Shown: positions 9,910 to 17,513 of the stretch, one piece after another
Position numbering within the stretch: position 1 is the stretch's first letter
Layout of the letters: every line of letters starts with the position of its first letter
Source of the DNA: an uncultured Candidatus Berkelbacteria bacterium
Lineage (GTDB): Bacteria > Patescibacteriota > UBA1384 > CAJBMM01
Assembly: GCA_903954185.1 (NCBI GenBank)
Contig: CAJBMM010000037.1
Location: forward strand, 1-57,885
Length of the DNA: 57,885 bases
Direction of reading: 5' to 3'
Notes under the pieces: model-generated
The model's database searches: none
The model's input: the letters and a program-made list of their open reading frames with translations, nothing else
Told to the model about the DNA's origin: nothing
Program-made: the position numbers and the translations under genes

Positions 9910-12863
9910 TTAGCTTTTCCAAATATAATATTTTTAAGCAAGCTGTGATTTGTAAGTAAAACTAAAGTTAACCCAGTAAATGTTAGCAAAAGGGCAAAAA
10001 CCAATTCAACGCGTTTTACATCATCTCCGGTGGCAGCTAAGCCAATGTTAATACCAAGTTTAAATGAGGCTAAAGTATACTGACCGTCGGTGCCAACAGA
10101 TTGGATTGTTACAGTATGATCTCCATTGGGAATATCTGTGGTTGGAGTGCAAGACCAGTTGCCGTTACCATCTGCGGTAGTGGTACAAGTAATTGGGTCA
10201 GATTGTATAGTAACTACTACTTTAGAGTTAGCAGAGGCGATACCTGTAAATGTAGGGCGGTGTCCTGTGTAATAATAATGGCCGTATTTTTCATTAAAGT
10301 TAATAGTTCCTAATTTAAGTAAGGTTAATGTTGTCGTTTCACCGTTTGAGCTGGTAATGGCACTAATGTTTCCTGCTAAGTCTTTAAATTGAATGTAAAC
10401 AATACGGCTAGAATTGGCAAATGTCCATGTTTTTGAAGTTGAATAGTTTTCCCAAGATGCTTGATTTATGGCTTCTATCGATTCACCTAATCTCATGTAG
10501 CCCACTCCACTTGAAACACCACTACTAGCAGGGTCTGAGGCAGAGATATTAAGTGTTGCGGTATTGAGAGAAAGTGTACCAGTTGAATCTAGTTTAATTG
10601 TACCGTTAGGGGCTGTGGTATCAATATTTAAGGTACTGGTACTACTAGTAGTAGTGTTTCCTGCTACATCAGTTGCCACAACATACCAAGAGTGTGTGCC
10701 CTCAGATAATGCTGTGGAAGGTGTATAGGTAGTAGCAGAAGATATAATATTGTCTGCAAGTAATGTACCGTCCATATATATCTGGTACTTAGATAAACCA
10801 GATGTTGCATCGCTAGAGGCATCCCAGCTAAATGTTGGAGCGGTAATGTTCGTAAATGTATTAGATGAGGGTGATGAAGTGGAGAATGAAGAAGGCGCAG
10901 TGTTGTCCACAGTATAGTTAAAAGAGCTTGTGATGCCAGTATTAGTAAAGTTGGTTGGCAAAGAATCGAATGTAGTAGTTATGTCTGTTGTGATTTTATA
11001 TGCAGCTGCCTGCACAGAAGCGCTCTTTAATCCAGGCAAGGAATCTGCTGGAACAGTGTAGGTTCCTGTCCAGGTAGTATTAGTACCGTCGGTAGAAGCA
11101 TAGGTTAAAATAACTTTATCGCCATTTGGCATAACTGCTTGTACAATATTATTATCGGTGGTCGCCGGGTCATTTTTTAACATAGAAGAAGTGGCTGTTA
11201 TTTCTATAGTGCTTCCTGCACGAGTATAAGTTGGAGAAGAGGAAGTGAGCGTCCAATCCTTCATTGAAGTGATAGACGCTACTCCACCACGATACGAACT
11301 AAAATATAAATGCTTATTTGCACCAATTGCGACATTCTGCCCTGAGGAAAAAGATGAATTTTGCCATTTTTTTGAACCATCGGTAGCATCGATTCCAAAG
11401 CCGGGAGAATAATAAATCATATTGTTTCCGGCATAAAGCATATTGTCGGTGCCAGCATTGTTAGAATAAGTATCGGTAGATGTCATCTGAACACTGCCGT
11501 CTGTAGTTGAATATGCCCGAAGTTTAAAATCGCCAATAGCGGGATAGTTAGCTATTAAGTAATAAAGAGAGTCATTTCTAGATAAATTCCCACTGGTATA
11601 ATTTTTAAGATTATCGCTAGTGGCAAATTTAAGGGTTCCGTCTGAGTTCATACCGTAAAACCCAAGCGCACCGCCTAATGCTGGAGAGTAAGCACTACCA
11701 TCCGCTGCAACAGATGGAGCTCTAAGTGTTCCCTGAGTTGCAGCGCCAATCATAGCGCGCAAACGTCCATCAGGATACGAGCTACTAAATTTGCGGCTGT
11801 CATGAACTGAATAAATAATTCCAGTATTTGGATCTATACTATCGCCACCAGAACGATTATTAATATTAACGCTTGTATATTTTAGCGATCCATCAGAATT
11901 GTAAATACAGCTATTGTTTCTGCCTGTAGCATAAACAGAACCGTCAACTCCGATGTTTACCGCTCCTTTCGAGCTAGTTGTGAGATTAGTACAAAGATTC
12001 GACCACAATTGCGTTCCAGTATTCTTATCCAAAGCTGTTACATAGTGTGTCCCAGTCATAAAATAGATCGAACCATTTTGAGAAAGCGCCGCAAACGATG
12101 GCGCAGACGTTGCAACACTCCAGCGCAACACGCCACTTGAGGTGTAAGACATATACGCCGAATCAGTTCCGAAATATAGATTACCGTCACCATCGACAAG
12201 TATGCCGCTATAACTAACGTTTGCCCCCGATGCAGTTGGCACACTCCATTCTAAGGTCGAATATTCTGGCCCTAATAGCGCAGTATTGCCCGAAGATCGC
12301 ATATCAATTTGGTATTTTGGATTAGGGGCACTCGTATCAAGCCCGTCGTCTGTTGTTGTGATGGAAAAAGTTGCAGATGTTGTTGGGCCGTCAATGTTAA
12401 CGTCTACCGATGTTTTTGTTTCAACCGATCCTGTATATGTTGAGGCGGAAGTAGAGTTGTTGGTGATGTTGTCTAGTACAATGTATTTTGCTCCAGCAGC
12501 TGAAGCGGTTCCTGTTGCATCGCGAGTAATTGTAATTACCTGTCCTGCTATGGAAACCGATCTACCACCATCAATTCCACTCCAAGAGTCAAAAGTAACT
12601 CCAGACACCCCAAAACCATCTGGAAAAGTAATAATAATCTTAGCATTGTTTGGTGTAGAAGAAACTGTAGTAAAATTAATTGTATATTTACCCGTTGTGG
12701 AAATGTCGGAATTCCAAGGAACAATTGTTACAGAAGTTAAAGATGCTGCGTTAACTGGAGTAAGTTGAATAAATAATGAAGTGCACAGCAAAGTAAGAGC
12801 AAAAAGTATATTAAAACAAATTGGCTGACCTATTTTTCTGAAAATAATATAACTATTCATCAT
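9906..12863 (-). CDS. sortase-anchored surface protein with PQQ-like beta-propeller and Ig-like stalk
   Basis: signal peptide; PQQ-like repeats (DGNLYFGT, GTQLWS, DGSLKY, DGSKKW); shared tail; ATGA overlap with the next gene. Confidence 0.85.
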   Translation of the reverse strand: MMNSYIIFRKIGQPICFNILFALTLLCTSLFIQLTPVNAASLTSVTIVPWNSDISTTGKYTINFTTVSSTPNNAKIIITFPDGFGVSGVTFDSWSGIDGGRSVSIAGQVITITRDATGTASAAGAKYIVLDNITNNSTSASTYTGSVETKTSVDVNIDGPTTSATFSITTTDDGLDTSAPNPKYQIDMRSSGNTALLGPEYSTLEWSVPTASGANVSYSGILVDGDGNLYFGTDSAYMSYTSSGVLRWSVATSAPSFAALSQNGSIYFMTGTHYVTALDKNTGTQLWSNLCTNLTTSSKGAVNIGVDGSVYATGRNNSCIYNSDGSLKYTSVNINNRSGGDSIDPNTGIIYSVHDSRKFSSSYPDGRLRAMIGAATQGTLRAPSVAADGSAYSPALGGALGFYGMNSDGTLKFATSDNLKNYTSGNLSRNDSLYYLIANYPAIGDFKLRAYSTTDGSVQMTSTDTYSNNAGTDNMLYAGNNMIYYSPGFGIDATDGSKKWQNSSFSSGQNVAIGANKHLYFSSYRGGVASITSMKDWTLTSSSPTYTRAGSTIEITATSSMLKNDPATTDNNIVQAVMPNGDKVILTYASTDGTNTTWTGTYTVPADSLPGLKSASVQAAAYKITTDITTTFDSLPTNFTNTGITSSFNYTVDNTAPSSFSTSSPSSNTFTNITAPTFSWDASSDATSGLSKYQIYMDGTLLADNIISSATTYTPSTALSEGTHSWYVVATDVAGNTTTSSTSTLNIDTTAPNGTIKLDSTGTLSLNTATLNISASDPASSGVSSGVGYMRLGESIEAINQASWENYSTSKTWTFANSSRIVYIQFKDLAGNISAITSSNGETTTLTLLKLGTINFNEKYGHYYYTGHRPTFTGIASANSKVVVTIQSDPITCTTTADGNGNWSCTPTTDIPNGDHTVTIQSVGTDGQYTLASFKLGINIGLAATGDDVKRVELVFALLLTFTGLTLVLLTNHSLLKNIIFGKAK
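10018..10910 (-). repeat. cassette copy 5 plus extended stalk duplication
   Basis: matches 7436..8340. Confidence 0.85.
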
Positions 12864-12867
12864 ATTT

Positions 12868-12896
12868 ATTCTATCTACTAATCATGAAGTAATCAA
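12868..12896 (-). promoter_or_regulatory. sigma70 promoter, probably leaderless, for the sortase operon
   Basis: TTGATT-17-TAGAAT ending 4 nt before ATG ATG. Confidence 0.55.
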
Positions 12897-12974
12897 TAAA
12901 ACACCGGTAATCTAACCTTTATTTACTATAAAGAGATAGGATGTTATTTCATAAACAAAATACTTGTAAATAAA

Positions 12975-13028
12975 TTACAACTTAACACACCAAGTCCAAC
13001 GGCCAAATTTAGATCCACGCAATTTACA
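12975..13028 (-). pseudogene. 17-codon remnant homologous to the C-terminus of the 17514..20246 protein
   Basis: translates CKLRGSKFGRWTWCVKL*, versus CEPTKQIRSRWTWCVKL*; DNA ttaacacaccaagtcca is repeated at 17521. Confidence 0.7.
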
Positions 13029-16000
13029 CTAACGAATTATATTAAGCACGCTTTTAGTAGAACTGGACTCAAACCAATCGTCCCCGCTAAGACTACAATC
13101 TACACGATGAACGCCCAAGGTAATGCCCTTCGGTGGAGTGTAACGGATAGTCGCCCAACCGTCAGCATCTGTCCAGGCGCCTCCTATGTAATTGCCGTCT
13201 ACCGAGAATGTTAAGTAGGCATAATCGAAAGGAGGATTACCGCTCATTAAATATCTCGCTAATGCCCTAATTTCGACTTCCTCTCCAGCCGCAGCGGATC
13301 TGTTGCCAGAAAATAGATATGTTTTCATTTTACTAACAGTGAAGGTGGCTGTATTCTGGGATGACTTAAACTGGCTATCTCCAAGCCATTTTACCGTAAT
13401 GTTACTTTGCTGGTTGGGATAAAACTCTAAACCTTGGGTGGAAAGCTGAGCTTTCCCTTCGCCGTCAGTGACAGATGAGCCGACAAGTTTATCACCTAAC
13501 CAAAAATTTAATATCTTCCCCGAGATTGGCTGGCTATTTGAAGATTTGTAAAGATACCCCTTAAGAATTGTCGTGTTACCGTATTGAATATCGCGATTCG
13601 GTACATATATTTTGCTATTTTCGGAAGTACTTGTATATACCTCATCGGACTCAATACTTTCTTGGCCATTTCTCACAGCAGTAACAACATAAAAATAATT
13701 TGTTTTTGCGGTTAAACCAGTGTGAGTGTATGGAGTTGGTATATTTTCAATCTTCTGACCAGTCTTTTTATCAACTCCCTTGTTTTCACTCCAATATAAA
13801 TTATAGGAGGTTGCGCCGTTAACAGGGTTCCACTTTAAACTCACACTATTTTCGCTAGCGGTTATTGAAACATTTTGTGGAGCATTTGGTGCAGTGTTTT
13901 GTGGTGGTTTGATGTAAAAACGACTGGAGTATGAGTCATGCAGATTCATGGGCCATTCGTTATTAACTGAAGGTCCGTTCGTTTTTATTACGTTAATAAG
14001 CATTTTATGCACAACAGAATTATACGTAATAAACACAATCTCATTTTTGCCATCAGCGTCTATGTCACCTGCGGCACTACCGGTACTGTAAAATTCGCCA
14101 CTCGATATTTTGGGGTACCCATTAATAGCATGGCCAGTACCATCATAAATATTATAACTCGATGTCCATGCTGAGCCCTCTGCATAACCCCAATACCCAG
14201 TTGTGAAAATATTTTGACGGCCATCATTTTTCGCACCAATTATCGCCATGTCTTCACGATCATTTACAGAGAGAAATGGCCTGCATTCGTTCATGTAACC
14301 GTATGTATCATAAATTAGCACTCCACTTGGGGTATAAAACATTGGGCACTGCTCGGATGCAAACGCTAGCTCTGGTTTACCGTCATTATTAATATCGCCC
14401 ACAGCTATGCTTTCCGTATTATAGAAATTATTGATATCATGTAGAGCAGGTTGCCAGTTATATAGTTCTTGGCCATTGTTTGCCAATACGATTATCCTTC
14501 CAACAGCATTCGAGGTGTATGGCCACTGCCTCAATGTCCTAATAATAATCTCTTTATTGCCATCGTTATCAATATCTGCCACAACCAAAGCAGATGCACT
14601 TATTTGCATTCTTAATGGCCAGCCTGGTAATTGTCGGCCTTCCATGTCTACAACTGACACCATAGCATTTAGCTGGTTTTCGGTGTTAATGCGTTGGCTT
14701 AGCAAGATTATTTCGTTTTTCCCGTCGCCATTAATATCTCCAACTGATGGATAAAGCCCATTAGTTAACCCACCATAATTTAATCCCGGGATTTTTCTGG
14801 AAACAATTTTTTCCCCAGTATAACTCCATATAGCCGCATCTATGAATGGATTAGTATTATCGTTGTAGTTCATCATGCTAAAAGTAACAATGTCTAGTAC
14901 GCCATCAGCATTCATATCTGCCAACAAAACGGTGCGAGTGTTAACATACTTCGGCCAGCCCGATAACAAAATGCCATCCGAGTTATAGACATATAGACTA
15001 TTGCCATTTCCGGCCACAATTTCTATTTTACTATCACCATTAATATCACCCGCAAGAAACGGTTCAATAGAAAAGTTAGTGGGACCGACTCTAACAGGCC
15101 ATCCAGGCAACTCATTTCCATCTCCAGAAAAAGCGTGAATTAAGCCGTTACGATAAACTAAGACATCTGATTTCCCATCTGAATTAATATCTGCAACCAG
15201 CGGCGATTTAACATCAAATTCATAATCCCCGTCACTCATACTTAAAGAAATAGGCCAACCATTTTCCATATCAGCATCTATGTAAACCTGAATTGATGAT
15301 TCTCTTTTAATATTAGCGTTTACAGTGAGCTTTAAGAGATATGGGCCAGACTTAATACCGGGAATAAGTGACGGCGTCCATTTACCCAAAACCCCCATAT
15401 TTACAGTTCTCACTCCATCAGCATCCAGTGTAATGCCCGTAGATTGCCAACCTTCTTTGCAGTCACGGGTGCGGCCAACGCGATTATAAAAACCATCCAT
15501 TAAATTTACCTTGCACCAAGAGAGATAATAATTTTTAAACCCCTCACCCGACGCAACGCCCTTGATTTCAATTTCATTATTCACCATATGAATAATCTCT
15601 GCGTCTTTGCCGTTTCCAAATGGTAGCGGGCTTGTTATGATTGCATGATTGACCCGCACTAGGGCATTATCTATGTTTGTTCCCGTATCAGAAAGAACAA
15701 TTAGCCTCAAATAAATATCAACGCCATCGTTAATGCGAGCTATATTCCACTTTGCAAGCTCACCATTGGTTACAGGGGTGCTAGATTCAGCTATTAATTC
15801 CCATCCAGAGGGATTAGAAGAATAAGTGTAATATAATTGATAATTAGTAAACCCTTTTCCATACGCAGAACCAATAATACTAGTGTTATTTTCAGAAATC
15901 AGCCCATTTGTCGAGATACTTGAAGTAGGTGGTGGATTAGCAGCAGATACCGCTTTGTATGCGTCCACGCGCCCAAATCCTTGGGTATTAAGATCATACT

Positions 16001-17495
16001 CGCTGTTTGTACCCGGAATTTTTAGCTTTTGCGCTGTCATGCGTAAATCTGATTTTATATTATCTGGCGTCCAATTTGGATGGGCTTGTTTTACCAATGC
16101 TGCCACACCGCTTACAATTGGGGTAGCCATACTTGTACCAGCCGAAAGAATATGATTATCATCTACACATTTGACGTAACGTCCTTGCTCTACCTTACTA
16201 GCAATTCTCGAGGCACATATTAGCGCTCCCGGAGCTACAACATCGGGCTTATTTAATAATTGAATGGTTTCACCCCATCTTACCGGACCTCTTGAACTAA
16301 AGCTAGCAATTTGATCTTTTCTCGGGTCACTTTCTCCCCAATACGATCCTGAATAGTCTTTCTTAAATGTAGCCCCAACTGTAATTGCTTTTCGCGCTGA
16401 TCCAGGCGATCCAACAGAATTATCCGATGGGCCAGAATTACCAGCGGCCACTACTGCCACAATGCCATTTCCAACCACATTATCAATTGCCTGACTAAGC
16501 GGATCGTCTGGGTCACCATTGCCACCAAGACTAAGACTAATAATATCAAGCTTGTCACTATAGTTCCCGTCATTATTAGGGTCTAATGATGCTTCTATCC
16601 CAGATATTACCCCTGACCAATACCCCGACCCACTATCGTCTAAAACTTTATAAGCAAAAAGAATCGCGTCCGGAGCAACTCCTTTTACATTACCATTAGA
16701 GGCAACAGTTCCGGCAACATGCGTACCATGTCCACTTCCGTCCATCGGATTATTATCACCATTGACAAAATCGTATCCTCCCGCCACCTTTGCGCATGCA
16801 CGATTTATGAATTGATCAGTTGTGCAACCGCCAAAATCACCATGGGTATAATCTATCCCCGTATCGATAATCCCAACTTTTACCCCCACGCCCGTAACTG
16901 TATTATTATTTTGGTCTTTAACCTCACGCCACACCCTATCGGCACCAATCAGTGGCACAGAATCCATTAAAGTCGCCGCAACTTCACGATTTGGATAAAC
17001 TTTCTCTACCTGGGGTAATCTAGAAATTTGACTTGCCTGCGTATGCGTTAACTGTTTTATTAAAATCGCATTAACAGCGTTGCCCCAGCTTACAGCAACC
17101 GTAGGTAATGATTGATCTTTATTATTTTTATCTTGACTGATTTTAATACCAATAGTGTCCGTTTTTGCATAAAAACTATCCCTTTCGGCCTGAATGACGG
17201 ATTTTTGTTTGATTATATTTGTACTCATTTGTGCTGAAGATAACACAGTGGTTGATACCGCGGCTGTCGAGGCTTTTGACAAAGGATCTGCTTTAAATTC
17301 CACAATGTAACCATCAAATTTATCCGAAAGCATGGAACCTTGTACAGCGTTTGCAGCACCCTCTGAGGCACTGCTGCCAAAAACCATTCTCCACACAATA
17401 ACTGCCACAACTGCAATTATTAGTACAAAAATAGCCGCAAATATAATATTTTTACGGCCGAATCGATAGCTTATCCACAACCAAATTTTTTCCAT
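13029..17495 (-). CDS. membrane-anchored S8 (subtilisin-family) serine protease with FG-GAP/VCBS repeats, FN3 and Ig-like domains
   Basis: catalytic motifs IIDTGID, HGTHVAG, GTSMATP; repeated D(I/M)NxDGKxE; N-terminal TM. Confidence 0.92.
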   Translation of the reverse strand: MEKIWLWISYRFGRKNIIFAAIFVLIIAVVAVIVWRMVFGSSASEGAANAVQGSMLSDKFDGYIVEFKADPLSKASTAAVSTTVLSSAQMSTNIIKQKSVIQAERDSFYAKTDTIGIKISQDKNNKDQSLPTVAVSWGNAVNAILIKQLTHTQASQISRLPQVEKVYPNREVAATLMDSVPLIGADRVWREVKDQNNNTVTGVGVKVGIIDTGIDYTHGDFGGCTTDQFINRACAKVAGGYDFVNGDNNPMDGSGHGTHVAGTVASNGNVKGVAPDAILFAYKVLDDSGSGYWSGVISGIEASLDPNNDGNYSDKLDIISLSLGGNGDPDDPLSQAIDNVVGNGIVAVVAAGNSGPSDNSVGSPGSARKAITVGATFKKDYSGSYWGESDPRKDQIASFSSRGPVRWGETIQLLNKPDVVAPGALICASRIASKVEQGRYVKCVDDNHILSAGTSMATPIVSGVAALVKQAHPNWTPDNIKSDLRMTAQKLKIPGTNSEYDLNTQGFGRVDAYKAVSAANPPPTSSISTNGLISENNTSIIGSAYGKGFTNYQLYYTYSSNPSGWELIAESSTPVTNGELAKWNIARINDGVDIYLRLIVLSDTGTNIDNALVRVNHAIITSPLPFGNGKDAEIIHMVNNEIEIKGVASGEGFKNYYLSWCKVNLMDGFYNRVGRTRDCKEGWQSTGITLDADGVRTVNMGVLGKWTPSLIPGIKSGPYLLKLTVNANIKRESSIQVYIDADMENGWPISLSMSDGDYEFDVKSPLVADINSDGKSDVLVYRNGLIHAFSGDGNELPGWPVRVGPTNFSIEPFLAGDINGDSKIEIVAGNGNSLYVYNSDGILLSGWPKYVNTRTVLLADMNADGVLDIVTFSMMNYNDNTNPFIDAAIWSYTGEKIVSRKIPGLNYGGLTNGLYPSVGDINGDGKNEIILLSQRINTENQLNAMVSVVDMEGRQLPGWPLRMQISASALVVADIDNDGNKEIIIRTLRQWPYTSNAVGRIIVLANNGQELYNWQPALHDINNFYNTESIAVGDINNDGKPELAFASEQCPMFYTPSGVLIYDTYGYMNECRPFLSVNDREDMAIIGAKNDGRQNIFTTGYWGYAEGSAWTSSYNIYDGTGHAINGYPKISSGEFYSTGSAAGDIDADGKNEIVFITYNSVVHKMLINVIKTNGPSVNNEWPMNLHDSYSSRFYIKPPQNTAPNAPQNVSITASENSVSLKWNPVNGATSYNLYWSENKGVDKKTGQKIENIPTPYTHTGLTAKTNYFYVVTAVRNGQESIESDEVYTSTSENSKIYVPNRDIQYGNTTILKGYLYKSSNSQPISGKILNFWLGDKLVGSSVTDGEGKAQLSTQGLEFYPNQQSNITVKWLGDSQFKSSQNTATFTVSKMKTYLFSGNRSAAAGEEVEIRALARYLMSGNPPFDYAYLTFSVDGNYIGGAWTDADGWATIRYTPPKGITLGVHRVDCSLSGDDWFESSSTKSVLNIIR

Positions 17496-17513
17496 TCTAA
17501 CTCCTATTGTTTA

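Noticed and set aside
748-10325. Diversity-generating retroelement (TR/VR) explanation for the repeated cassettes
   Set aside because: No reverse transcriptase in the window, all copies lie within genes, and the differences are not adenine-specific.
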